A stretch of 64,000 bases of DNA from Laetmonice hystrix. Lineage: Eukaryota. The stretch is taken from the NCBI GenBank assembly GCA_965235115.1, contig OZ249438.1, positions 39,494,001-39,558,000 on the forward strand. The letters run 5' to 3'. Positions 39,529 to 52,257 of this stretch are shown one piece after another. How positions within the stretch are numbered: the first letter of the stretch is position 1; each line of letters starts with the position of its first letter. The translations under genes and the position numbers were made by a program. The notes below the pieces were generated by a model. It saw only the letters and a list, made by a program, of their open reading frames with translations. It was not told the origin of the DNA and searched no databases.

Positions 39529-40700
39529 GGCCATCATAACATGAGCTGGCATTGAGTTGGTAACCGAATCAAGGATGCCAGCTCGTACCTGCTCGTGCCC
39601 AGCTCCAGGAGTGGGAGAGCTGACGGGTGGCATTGAGACGGTGAGCGTTGACTCAAGCCTGGAACTGGTGACAGATGTCGTATTACCGGAGGATGTGTGA
39701 GAGGTCTCCGGCAGGTGTTCTCACTCAACTCACGCCTGTCCTCAGTGTACAGAGGACAGGTGTTCGCGGAGTACTGACAGTACAAGAGCGGCAACTTGTC
39801 CTGGGGTCATACCAATACAGGCTGGAGAGTTGTGAGCTTAATTTGGCATCATAATTGGTGTTGGTGGGGCCAGTAGGATTGTTGCTGTGAGGGTACAACC
39901 CCAACCCCTCTCACACGGGTAGGCAGGAGGGCTGGTACGCGTTGGCTAATCGTTCTGATCCCAAGAGGTCAATGTTATGGCGTCCCATGGTATTACAAGG
40001 ACAATCAAAAGGTTCTGCGTGAAAGAACTAAGAAATAATAGTTAGACCCATTTAGATCACGCTGAATTGATATAAACGGAAAATGCTCCGGTTTCTCGTC
40101 ATGGAAATTTTAGTATTATGGAGCGGTACTGTAAGGAAATATGGCGCATGGATGTATAAAAAAAATAAATCTTTTATCACTCATAACGGCCGGAACAGCA
40201 AACAAATCGTGGCGCACGAATTATGAATTTCTAAATTTGTTCTGAATAAGAAAATCAGAAAAAGGCCATCTCATCCTGGCGGAGACATTGGTAACATCTG
40301 CCTTTTCTTATCAGGATTGGGAAGGAAGCTGATATGAAGCTGTGTGTCATGTCACTCGGCGGTGAAATATGCGACACGTGAGCCGGGTATTGGAAGGGGT
40401 GAGTGTACAGATGGACTCCTCCACCGGCCTGACGTACGGACCTCACCATTCAACCACTCCTTCTGACGGAGACACATTGTCAGGTGTTGTCAGACGAGTC
40501 CTAGAGTTTTACTCTCCTAATGGTCGTCGCAACCCTTGAACTGACGTCCGTCCCAACCAACCCCTGGAGTATAGGAGTCAATAAGCCTTGACACCGGTAA
40601 TTTACGGAGAGGTTAAAGGCTGTACTTATAGTGACAAGGGTCGTGAACTTAGGATCATTAGTACCAGTAGTTTTCTAGCATTTCTCTTCAGCTTTGGGTC

Positions 40701-40927
40701 GCAGTTTCCAGTCTGAGACAAGGTTCGCAATTTCCAGTCTGAGACAAGGTTCGCAGTTTCCAGTCTGAGACAAGGTTCGCAGACAAGGTTCGCAGTTTCC
40801 AGTCTGAGACAAGGTTCGCAATTTCCAGTCTGAGACAAGGCTCGCAGTTTCCAGTCTGAGACCAGTCTGACACAAGGCTCGCAGTTTCCAGTCTGAGACA
40901 AGCCTCGCAGTTTCCAGTCTGAGACAA
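40701..40927. repeat. 26-bp minisatellite, ~9 copies
   Basis: gcagtttccagtctgagacaaggttc. Confidence 0.92.
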
Positions 40928-42980
40928 GTTTGTTTCTTATTAGAGTTAGGCCAAAACGTTTTTCGTGTGATGAATATGCCTACATATACAGTGACTATGC
41001 GTCGAGTCCCAGTTTATACAAATTAAGTTTTAACCCACGAAATAAACAACCCATGATCTGCCCCCTTTTTCTTAAAAAATATAACTTGCCCAGGGCGACC
41101 TTTCCATGTGAGTGTGCGCCAGGCGAGGGTGTGACCGATAAAACGTGGCTGTCGGCGGGAGAGGTCTTTACTGCGTCCCGTCCATGGCGCTGACACTAAG
41201 TACCAATAAAGTCCGCACGGTGGCGTGTGTCTTCATCAACAATTAAGAGACTTCCCTGGCCGTTAAACAAGCAGCGTCAGCAAGCCCTCTAGAGGGTGCC
41301 ACAAACTGCCTTACCTCACTTCAGGAAACTTGGCTCTGTCAATCCGGGCCCAACGTGACCCCAGCGGCTGTCAATGGGAACCCTATCAAATATTCACACG
41401 AGATAGGCTGCGCTGGGGATTTGGTACAATAAGTAATGAGCAAAACGTGCTGGATTATTTACTTGATTCTGAAATTACTGAGATAATTTGTTTTTAAGAA
41501 TCCAATGGGCTCTAGATTAAGTCCATTTTACGGCACAAAAATGCAGTTTGGCCTTTCTGTTTGAAATGGTTTGTGCGAAATAGGGGTCTCGTCATCACAC
41601 TTGGTCCAGTGGTCAGGGAGTAGAACTATGTGCCTGCTTCCTTTCGCCCAGTCGGAAGAAGTCTAAGGTAATCTCCCCGAGTGGAATAATCACTTTGTTT
41701 CTGCACACTGAACATTAGTATGATGAAAACGGGCCTCAAAATGAACTATAATATCTAAAGAGGCCAGCCAAATATACATTAAACGGTCCGGAAGATCGAT
41801 TCAAAACACAGACTCGGCAGGCAGGACATCTGCTATGATTTTTTATTGTTCCGATTCAACCAGAGTGAAAGAAAGCTTTTACCCCAATCAATTCCCATGG
41901 GGACGGTAAATGTAGATACCCATGGTTCGATAGGATGTTTGATATCATTTTAAATGGATGTTTTCTGGCTGTTCCTTCCCGGGGAGTCTCACACAGATTC
42001 TCCACAGCTCATATAGAGCTCCTTAAAGCCGTGAACCCAGGAGCCAGCTTCCCACGAGTATGGTTCCATCTCTCCTACAGGCTGCAACACCTGCTGAGGA
42101 GAGGCATCACGGCATCTTCGGTGGGGCTTAGTATGAAGTAAGACGATACGTTAGAAACAGCAGAAAACAAGAGAAGTGAAAAGAAACACCTGCAGGAACG
42201 TTCCCCTGCATGTGCTCACGCGACGGGTTGAAACGGGTTGAGACATGGGCTAGAGGTGAAGGTCAGAACGATGGCTGGGTGGTGAAGGCGGGGCGCGGGG
42301 AGAGGGCTGAGTACAGGAGGTAGGCGGCGGGAGTCGTCCCAAGACAAGAGGTTAATATCTGCACGTCCGGCTGACAAGGGCAATGGTCTGCGGGCAGCCA
42401 GGCACTGCTGATTGGAACATCGTTGTAGTGGTCAGACTCTCCCGGTGGTGAACGGTTCACAAGGCCTGCCAGGCTGGTGTGTGGGTGGGTGTGAGGTGAT
42501 TTTAGTTGTGGTCAATGTCCAGGCTTGGTTTCTTGGGTCAATAGAGGCAGTTGTCTGGCTGAGTGCAGATGAAGACAAGCATCATCTTCATAAGGCCGTC
42601 CTCTCCATCAACAGGCCTGAAGCGTTATGGGAGCGGGCCGGGGGTTGGCCGGGATGGGGTGGGTTGGGGGGGGGGGTGAATAAGTCGTGTGCCCATGATA
42701 TATCCCAGACCATTACATCATGACGACGTTCATGAGGTCTCATTATAGTTCTACTTAAGTTCCCAGCCCTCTTTGACTGGCCTTTCTTGGCTGCGGTCGG
42801 GGGAATAAAGGCCTCGGGTTTCACCATAGCATCCTCCCATGGATCATGGTAGGGCTCCCATGGATCATGGTAGGGCTGCACTTTGTTAGATCGACCTGTC
42901 CATATGTCATAGTAAAACGAACGCGACCGGAAGCTAGCCCGTTCTGGGAATGCTATGAAACCCGCAAACTTTACGGCAAA

Positions 42981-43106
42981 CAGCAGAATGGGACATGATC
43001 TTCAGCAGGAGTAAGACTCCTTAACGTTTTGGGTGTGTAAATATTTCATGAAGTTCAGCAAGCAGCAGAATGGGACATGATCTTCTACAGGAGTAAGACT
43101 CCTTAA
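42981..43106. repeat. Detached ~1.5 copies of the 82-bp minisatellite
   Basis: Same unit as 44236-45060. Confidence 0.9.
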
Positions 43107-44235
43107 AGCGATCCGAAACCGCCACTAGCAATAGGGCCCATGGATAACCATGGTATAGTGCCTTTTACCTGCCACCATCTAATTCCCACAAAGTCTGTGT
43201 GTTAAAAGTAATCCCCGATAGAAACTGACAGTTGCCCGTTTGCTCACGGCGTCCATCTTGCCGAAATTCACTGCCGTGAGACCTTAAAAAATGGCGTCCC
43301 TAGAGCCTACCCCATTCCGCCATCACTGTGTTGGTCAACCATCTTCACGGACACTATGTACAATAATGGTTACTGGTGAACTCGGACCATGGTTATCTCG
43401 GCCCATGTCGATTACATGACTTCATGTCCCCTTCATGCGTGCCCTGTCCCAGGCTCCATGCCTCACTCACCCCGACACCCGAGTCAGGTGGTGAAGTCAA
43501 CAACGGGGCAGCACGGTGCTCCCGACGGGCGTGCACTGGTGGTTGGACGGGGCCAGACATGCCAATTTGGTCGATCGACAACGTATTGAAAAATCTCTTA
43601 CCGGGCGCTTAAACGAACAGAAATTCGTCGCAATACCCTCCAACGCATGAAATGGTGGCTGAAAGCTATTATTTATACGGAGAATTGTCAACTAGAGAAT
43701 GAAATGTACACTGGTTGGGTCATGGATGGAGTCTGACAGTAGTGACAGACTACGGCAGTCTACGGCCGGGGACATGGCGTGCACTGCCACTGTCAAAGCG
43801 TCGGGCTACCGTTCAGCTAGCACACCCAGGCATATCTTCACGAAGGATCAGCACCAAGTCAGTGGTGTGGTTAGACCTGCTGATCGGTCTCCTAGTACTA
43901 TGACACGGGTAATCTTACTCGCAGCTCTCAGTCTAGACTCTCTGACTACCTTGTATCCTCACCCGATCTGACAGCTGGTGGAAACTCGCGGCTCTGGCGA
44001 CGTCACACTTCCGGGTGACCTGACTGTTTTTGATTGGCTGAATCAATCTCCCATGTGATAATGTGATGTAAAATGGCGCCGAGTTCATTTCTCGGCTAGA
44101 GGTACGGTACTCGTAGTTTAAGGTTGGCATTCTCGTTTATGTAAAACCTATTGACCTGCATTTATTGCTGATGTTATTCTTTATTGTATAAGGCATATGG
44201 GAAGGTATAAGGTAGCTGGATTGTTGCATTTGGCT
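43107..44235. mobile_element. 1,129-bp insertion in a duplicated TTAA site (Kolobok-like, non-autonomous)
   Basis: ...gactcc TTAA agc ... gct TTAA cgttttggg... Removing the insert and one TTAA restores the intact unit gactccTTAAcgttttggg. Termini AG...CT; TIR weak. Confidence 0.65.
43134..43404. mobile_element. Possible nested MITE with imperfect TIRs
   Basis: GGGCCcatgGATAACCATGGT versus reverse complement GGGCCgaGATAACCATGGT; TSD not clear. Confidence 0.45.
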
Positions 44236-45060
44236 TTAACGTTTTGGGTGTGTAAATATTTCATGAAGTTCAGCAAGGCAGCAGAATGGGACATGGTCTT
44301 CAGCAGGAGTAAGACTCCTTAACGTTTTGGGTGTGTAAAGATTTCATGAAGTTCAGCAAGCAGCAGAATGTGACATGATCTTCAGCAGGAGTAAGACTCA
44401 TTAACGTTTTGGGTGTGTAAAGATTTCATGAAGTTCAGCAAGCAGCAGAATGGGACATGATCTTCTACAGGAGTAAGACTCCTTAACGTTTTGGGTGTGT
44501 AAAGATTTCATGAAGTTCAGCAAGGCACCAGAATGGGACATGATCTTCTGCAGGAGTAAGACTCCTTAACGTTTTGGGTGTGTAAAGATTTCATGAAGTT
44601 CAGCAAGCAGCAGAATGGGACATGATCTTCTGCAGGAGTAAGACTCCTTAACGTTTTGGGTGTGTAAAGATTTCATGAAGTTCAGCAAGCAGCAGAATGG
44701 GACATGGTCTTCAGCAGGAGTAAGACTCCTTAACGTTTTGGGTGTGTAAAGATTTCATGAAGTTCAGCAAGCAGCAGAATGGGACATAATCTTCTGCAGG
44801 AGTAAGACTCATTAACGTTTTGGGTGTGTAAAGATTTCATGAAGTTCAGCAAGGCACCAGAATGGGACATAATCTTCTGCAGGAGTAAGACTCCTTAACG
44901 TTTTGGGTGTGTAAAGATTTCATGAAGTTCAGCAAGGCACCAGAATGGGACATGATCTTCTGCAGGAGTAAGACTCCTTAACGTTTTGGGTGTGTAAATA
45001 TTTCATGAAGTTTAGCAAGCAGCAGAATGGGACATGATCTTCAGCAGGAGTAAGACTCCC
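44236..45060. repeat. 82-bp minisatellite, ~10 copies
   Basis: ttaacgttttgggtgtgtaaagatttcatgaagttcagcaag... at 44401 and 44483. Confidence 0.96.
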
Positions 45061-45352
45061 TCTAACCTTGATATTAAGTCCACATATAGATCTATAGCGT
45101 GACCAAGTTTCATGACGTATATCATCGGGTAAACAAAGCATTTCATCATGTATGTGGGGAAATATAGGTGAAATCGACAGTGATCAGCAAGGGATTCTCT
45201 TTTATATATATATAAATGCTACGCTCATGCTTAAAGCTTAAATTTCTTTGCAAAAGAAGTATACAAGTTATTACTCATGGGTGTGTCATTAAAAAATAAC
45301 TATCAGATTGAGTGTTGTACAGTTACAGTCTCCATGAATGGCGGTCTCTTGA

Positions 45353-45485
45353 CCACTGTCAGGAGTAGGTAAATTCAATGGAACAGCCAGCGTTAAGGAG
45401 GATGTGCCCTGTGTTATCTCCCCGGTCCACTGACCATGCTGACCATGCTGGCTCTTCCATTGAAATTACCAACTCCTGACAGTGG
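45353..45485. mobile_element. Small MITE-like hairpin element (133 bp)
   Basis: ccactgtcaggagtaggtaaattcaatggaacagccagc versus gctggctcttccattgaaattaccaactcctgacagtgg; no clear TSD. Confidence 0.65.
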
Positions 45486-45910
45486 AATATTGGACTTAGA
45501 AAATTTCGCCTAGGTATGACGCTAGGTATGTCTCCTGGATGTATTCGTCTTGTAACATTTGATTTGGCAGATGGTGGGGATATCTGTCGTTAGTCGTCGT
45601 CAGATTAATGACACCCCCGATTTTATGATTACTTTTATTGGGAGGAAACGAAGGCTTGGCCGTCTCATCCGGTTTACACTATGTCCTCGCACTGTTATCT
45701 AAGTGCTGCAGCATTCGAATCATTCCACCAACGCGTGCACCATCGAGATACATTGCCTTTATTGCTATATTGGCGTGCCATAAAACTTGTCTGTGGCTAA
45801 TTTTCAGTACCAACATTTTTATTTTTGTCCAACACCAGATGTTAAAGCTAGCTCCATTGATTTTTCCCCCTCCTCGTATATTTATTTATATCAGCATTAT
45901 GGTAATAATC

Positions 45911-46966
45911 GTTTGTCAGTACATGTACGCCTGTTGTGGCAGGACGAGTGACAGAAAATACTCGTTTGTCAGTACATGTACGCCTGTTATGGCAGGACGA
46001 GTGACAGAAAATACTCGTTTGTCAGTACATGTACGCCTGTTATGGCAGGACGAGTGACAGAAAATACTCGTTTGTCAGTACATGTACGCCTGTTATGGCA
46101 GGACGAGTGACAGAAAATACTCGTTTGTCAGTACATGTACGCCTGTTATGGCAGGACGAGTGACAGAAAATACTCGTTTGTCAGTACATGTACGCATGTT
46201 ATGGCAGGACGAGTGACAGAAAATACTCGTTTGTCAGTACATGTACGCCTGTTATGGCAGGACGAGTGACAGAAAATACTCGTTTGTCAGTACATGTACG
46301 CCTGTTATGGCAGGACGAGTGACAGAAAATACTCGTTTGTCAGTACATGTACGCCTGTTATGGCAGGACGAGTGACAGAAAATACTCGTTTGTCAGTACA
46401 TGTACGCCTGTTATGGCAGGACGAGTGACAGAAAATACTCGTTTGTCAGTACATGTACGCCTGTTATGGCAGGACGAGTGACAGAAAATACTCGTTTGTC
46501 AGTACATGTACGCCTGTTATGGCAGGACGAGTGCCAGAAAATACTCGTTTGTCAGTACATGTACGCCTGTTATGGCAGGACGAGTGCCAGAAAATACTCG
46601 TTTGTCAGTACATGTACGCCTGTTATGGCAGGACGAGTGACAGAAAATACTCGTTTGTCAGTACATGTACGCCTGTTATGGCAGGACGAGTGCCAGAAAA
46701 TACTCGTTTGTCAGTACATGTACGCCTGTTATGGCAGGACGAGTGCCAGAAAATACTCGTTTGTCAGTACATGTACGCCTGTTATGGCAGGACGAGTGCC
46801 AGAAAATACTCGTTTGTCAGTACATGTACGCCTGTTATGGCAGGACAAGTGACAGAAAATACTCGTTTGTCAGTACATGTACGCCTGTTATGGCAGGACA
46901 AGTGACAGAAAATACTCGTTTGTCAGTACATGTACGCCTGTTATGGCAGGACAAGTGCCAGAAAAC
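45911..46966. repeat. 53-bp minisatellite, ~20 copies
   Basis: cgtttgtcagtacatgtacgcctgttatggcaggacgagtgacagaaaatact. Confidence 0.97.
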
Positions 46967-47251
46967 TCATTTGCATAGCCAATGTGATTCACATAACATA
47001 ACTGCCCAGAAATCGGCTGAAATGGATTTTTGCGATTGGCGATTAAAAGGTGGTTACTAGTAATAAGCGATGATTTCACTTTTATACCTGTTAATGAGTG
47101 CATGTCATCGGCAGACGACCCTTACACAATGGGCTCTTTGATTGGCATTGGTGCAATTACCTTCCCTAAACTGGATTAGAATTAAAAGGTTGATGAGTGT
47201 GCGTGCACGGCCTCTTTCATTCATTTGTGTCACTGTGGCGATGGTACTGGT

Positions 47252-47563
47252 GCAGTGAATAGAGCTGGCTACAAGTTTTGGGGAGGGATGGGAGGCTGAC
47301 AGTGTCACCAAGTCTGTGGACGTCATGGAGGTGTGGGTCTCACAGCACCATGATGATACGATACTTTGTGCCTGGATTGGACGGACAAGTTGTTCCCCCT
47401 GAAGGTATGGCAGTGAATAGAGCTGGCTACAAGTTTTGGGGAGGGATGGGAGGCTGACAGTGTCACCAAGTCTGTGGACGTCATGGAGGTGTGGGTCTCA
47501 CAGCACCATGATGATACTTTGTGCCTAGATTGGACGGACGAGTTGTTCCCCCTGAAGGTATGG
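47252..47563. repeat. Tandem duplication, ~158 bp x2
   Basis: gcagtgaatagagctggctacaag... at 47252 and 47410. Confidence 0.9.
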
Positions 47564-49176
47564 CTGGGGATGAGAGCTCGGGGATGGATGACGAAGCCTG
47601 CCACAGGTAGTTGGGGTGTTGGGGGTGTGTGATCAGATTGGGGGTGAGAGTGGCTGTCTGCCCTGAAGACACTGACCATAGATGGAAGATGGCTTGATAG
47701 GACTGCCAGTACAATCTCAACGTTGGTCGAGTAGTACCGCCAACCTCCGGCAGGAGGACTGCCACTGTAGGTGGCAGCACCGACCTCCGACATGACCCTC
47801 GAGGTGTTAGCGGACACATAGCGCAGGATGAGATTATCAAGGCCAATATGGTATAGGGTGCAGAGTGTAAGTACAGGCACCTGGAATGATAATCAGTCAG
47901 GCCACGCCACACATTGAGAGTTGCGAGTACCAAGGTTAAAGTCGAAAATAGAAAATGTCATTAAAAGGCCCCTACAAAAATCCCTGGATCCGCGCCAGCC
48001 AAGTACTACCAGCCAGATCCGTTGTGGAACGATACAGATCCACAAATCAGCATATCTTGGAGGGGGAATTAATTTGTTTGAAGGAGATTTCTGCCCAAAC
48101 AATTCTTCTTGTAGACGAATGCATTGGCTTAGTCATGGTATCGTAAGATGTCTCTCTGCACAGAGCTCCGGGATAAGTAAGATCTTTGAAAGGATTGGGA
48201 CGGAGGAAAGGTCGGGACGATGTCCTCAAATGTTGATGTATTATGCAGACAGCGCGAACGAATGGTCGCAGTGAGCCTGCGCCATACATCATAATCGGAT
48301 CGTAAACACAAGCTTGGGCCGGGCCACCGCCCGACAAACAAGGCCTTTTTACCGTGAGCGTTTCATTCATCAGGATTGTTGTGGTCCCCAGTAGACTAGA
48401 GGGGAAGGCCCCGTCACTCGCCCGCTTCCTGGCCATCCATGCCTGTCTGAGGGTCCGGATATGAGCAAACCCAGGGTCTGATCGTGGCACGCTGGCGGAT
48501 TGCCGCCACCGCCCCAGTCACGTGACGGTGGTCACGTGATCTTCACACCAATCGTACGTTCTGTCATACACTGAGCTACCTTGCCGAATGGTGAGAGGGT
48601 CGTAGGGAGGCTCTCGTGTTTACGTGTTTCCACCAACAGGTGGCAGGACGGTTTGTCTGTCGACGCCAACGATAACGAAGCATCAGTCCAGTCTCCCAGA
48701 AGTTTGTCTGCGCTCATTTTGACGACATCATGCAGATGTTTATAGAAACCTGCCATCGCTGCGGAGTTCGATCTCTCGGTGAAGCAACTCGCAATAAACA
48801 CCCCATTGTAAAGTTGGAAGATATATTGTTTTATTAACAATATTCAAATATAAGCGCACATACACACCCCTAATGGTAGAGTGCAATACTGCCACCGACA
48901 GTCCTTCGAGTGAAAAACATGGGCCCAGGCTACGTCCATTCACGTTCTCAGGTCTACGGCATGAACGACCTGCCATGTGCTTCTCCCGCCCCAATATATG
49001 TATCTGTCGACTATAGCTAACACCCTTGCGCTGTACGGGTTTGCACTTGAGTACTAATGTTCGCCTAAATGAAGGGGGACTGCTACAGGCGGGTAAATGC
49101 GGTTGTGTAAAAGAGCACACGATGCCCCGAAATGATCAGACATGTATGTTTATTTAGCACTATAAATATACGTTTA

Positions 49177-49385
49177 CCTTATTGACGCACTTTTAGGCGC
49201 GTGCGGCTATAAGCGGATTTTTGTGTTTTTTGAGGAAATTTCGAAATAAAAAATAATGGGTGCGCTATTATGTGAATATTGGTTTTCACGATGGAAGTGC
49301 CCCAGATATAGGCGCATGCGCCTGTATCCGGGTATAGGCCCATGCTTACTTATATGCGCATGCGCCTAAAAGTGCGCCAATACGG
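49177..49385. mobile_element. Tc1/mariner-pogo-type MITE (209 bp)
   Basis: TIR cc(t/g)tattg(a/g)cgcacttttaggcgc at both ends; TA at 49175-76 and 49386-87. Confidence 0.8.
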
Positions 49386-49451
49386 TATGTAAAAACTTCA
49401 TATGTATTGGATGCAATGTCTATTTGGTTCCTTTCACATTATTTGAGATGA

Positions 49452-49544
49452 TTTTAATGTGTTTTTTCTTTGTATTTTTCAGGTAAGCATGCTGTACCAG
49501 AAATACTCTGTCACGTCTAGTGGGTCCTTTCAGTGGTGGTAAGT
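49452..49544 (+). promoter_or_regulatory. Candidate recursive splice site (ratchet point) with 56-nt RS-exon
   Basis: tttaAt branch motif (A49457), tract gtgttttttctttgtatttttc, AG 49481-82 directly followed by GTAAGC 49483-88, second donor GTG|GTAAGT at 49539-44. Confidence 0.6.
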
Positions 49545-49720
49545 TAAATAGATCCCTACCATTGGTCACAGAATACCATGTCCTATGTAGTCGCTCATTT
49601 AGGTAGTAAGTTACATGTATTACTAATCCGAGAAATGATATACCAAGTCCATGTCGCCGGTCTCATGGTGGAGCAACGAGACTAGACAGAGTTCTAGTCT
49701 TGTTGGTTGGAGGCATTACT

Positions 49721-51397
49721 GGCAGTAAGTGACGGGTTGGTGGCAGACGTACTGGTATATCAAAGTAACCACTGGCACCCTGTGGTCTGTGGCAGTAAGT
49801 GACGGGTTGGTGGCAGACGTACTGGTATATCAAAGTAACCACTGGCACCCTGTGGTCTGTGGCAGTAAGTGACGGGTTGGTGGCAGACGTACTGGTATAT
49901 CAAAGTAACCACTGGCACCCTGTGGTCTGGGGCAGTAAGTGACGGGTTGGTGGCAGACGTACTGGTATATCAAAGTAACCACTGGCACCCTGTGGTCTGT
50001 GGCAGTAAGTGACGGGTTGGTGGCAGACGTACTGGTATATCAAAGTAACCACTGGCACCCTGTGGTCTGTGGCAGTAAGTGACGGGTTGGTGGCAGACGT
50101 ACTGGTATATCAAAGTAACCACTGGCACCCTGTGGTCTGTGGCAGTAAGTGACGGGTTGGTGGCAGACGTACTGGTATATCAAAGTAACCACTGGCACCC
50201 TGTGGTCTGGGGCAGTAAGTGACGGGTTGGTGGCAGACGTACTGGTATATCAAAGTAACCACTGGCACCCTGTGGTCTGTGGCAGTAAGTGACGGGTTGG
50301 TGGCAGACGTACTGGTATATCAAAGTAACCACTGGCACCCTGTGGTCTGTGGCAGTAAGTGACGGGTTGGTGGCACGTACTGGTATATCAAAGTAACCAC
50401 TGTCACCCTGTGGTCTGTGGCAGTAAGTGACGGGTTGGTGACAGACGTACTGGTATATCAAAGTAACCACTGTCACCCTGTGGTCTGTGGCAGTAAGTGA
50501 CGGGTTGGTGGCAGACGTACTGGTATATCAAAGTAACCACTGTCACCCTGTGGTCTGTGGCAGTAAGTGACAGGTTGGTGGCAGACGTACTGGTATATCA
50601 AAGTAACCACTGGCACCCTGTGGTCTGTGGCAGTAAGTGACGGGTTGGTGGCAGACGTACTGGTATATCAAAGTAACCACTGTCACCCTGTGGTCTGTGG
50701 CAGTAAGTGACGGGTTGGTGGCAGACGTACTGGTATATCAAAGTAACCACTGTCACCCTGTGGTCTGTGGCAGTAAGTGACGGGTTGGTGGCAGACGTAC
50801 TGGTATATCAAAGTAACCACTGGCACCCTGTGGTCTGTGGCAGTAAGTGACGGGTTGGTGGCAGACGTACTGGTATATCAAAGTAACCACTGGCACCCTG
50901 TGGTCTGTGGCAGTAAGTGACGGGTTGGTGGCAGACGTACTGGTATATCAAAGTAACCACTGGCACCCTGTGGTCTGTGGCAGTAAGTGGCGGGTTGGTG
51001 GCAGACGTACTGGTATATCAAAGTAACCACTGTCACCCTGTGGTCTGTGGCAGTAAGTGACGGGTTGGTGGCAGACGTACTGGTATATCAAAGTAACCAC
51101 TGGCACCCTGTGGTCTGTGGCAGTAAGTGACGGGTTGGTGGCAGACGTACTGGTATATCAAAGTAACCACTGGCACCCTGTGGTCTGTGGCAGTAAGTGA
51201 CGGGTTGGTGGCAGACGTACTGGTATATCAAAGTAACCACTGGCACCCTGTGGTCTGTGGCAGTAAGTGACGGGTTGGTGGCAGACGTACTGGTATATCA
51301 AAGTAACCACTGGCACCCTGTGGTCTGTGGCAGTAAGTGACGGGTTGGTGGCAGACGTACTGGTATATCAAAGTAACCACTGGCACCCTGTGGTCTG
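49721..51397. repeat. 70-bp minisatellite, ~24 copies
   Basis: ggcagtaagtgacgggttggtggcagacgtactgg... at 49721 and 49791. Confidence 0.97.
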
Positions 51398-51875
51398 TTG
51401 GCGGCACGGCTCCATTAAGTACCAGCCCTAGCAACATTAAACGCCTTGTCCTCGGGGACAACAGAACGACAGTGATAAAACCGAAAGGAAGGATTCCGTG
51501 GGATTAAAGACTAGCCGACGTGTACAGCCGCTGGTTGGGGCTGACCTTTCGCTAACCCTCACCTCCGGAAGGTCACCCAACCACCGGCGCGTTCCGCTTT
51601 CTCTGTCCACCGCTAGGGGTAGATTTTAGGTTCTCCTCGACCCGATTTCAAGACCTATAACTGGGGGTGTTAGTTGCATCTGTTAATCTGGGTTCGTAAG
51701 AAGGTAAACGATCCAATTTTAAACTGACAGGCTTAGTTGTTTTGAGACATATTCAGAAGCCATGTTTCGGTATAAAAGCTCACTCAGTGTGGTTGGAGCG
51801 ATGCTATGTCTTGACTGTTAGTTAATGTACCAATGTGGAGACAGGAATAAGACTGAACATGAAGTTGCATGCCAA

Positions 51876-52257
51876 GTGGTACATTATACAATAAGTCGTG
51901 GAAGTAAGTGGTATACATTATACAATAAGTCGTGGAAGTAAGTGGTACATTATACAATAAGTCGTGGAAGTAAGTGGTACATTATACAATAAGTCGTGGA
52001 AGTAAGTGGTACATTATACAATAAGTCGTGGAAGTAAGTTGTACATTATACAATAAGTCGTGGAAGTAAGTGGTACATTATACAAAAGGTCGTGGAAGTA
52101 AGTGGTACATTATACAATACGTCGTGGAAGTAAGTGGTACATTATACAATACGTCGTGGAAGTAAGTGGTACATTATACAATACGTCGTGGAAGTAAGTG
52201 GTACATTATACAAAAGGTCGTGGAAGTAAGTGGTACATTATACAATAAGTCGTGGAA
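51876..52257. repeat. 32-bp minisatellite, ~12 copies
   Basis: aagtggtacattatacaataagtcgtggaagt. Confidence 0.95.

Noticed and set aside
47100-49120. Cluster of 100-185 aa ORFs on both strands, one containing WTDAS
   Set aside because: No recognisable RT, RNase H, integrase or recombinase motif set; may be a decayed TE but not supportable by eye.
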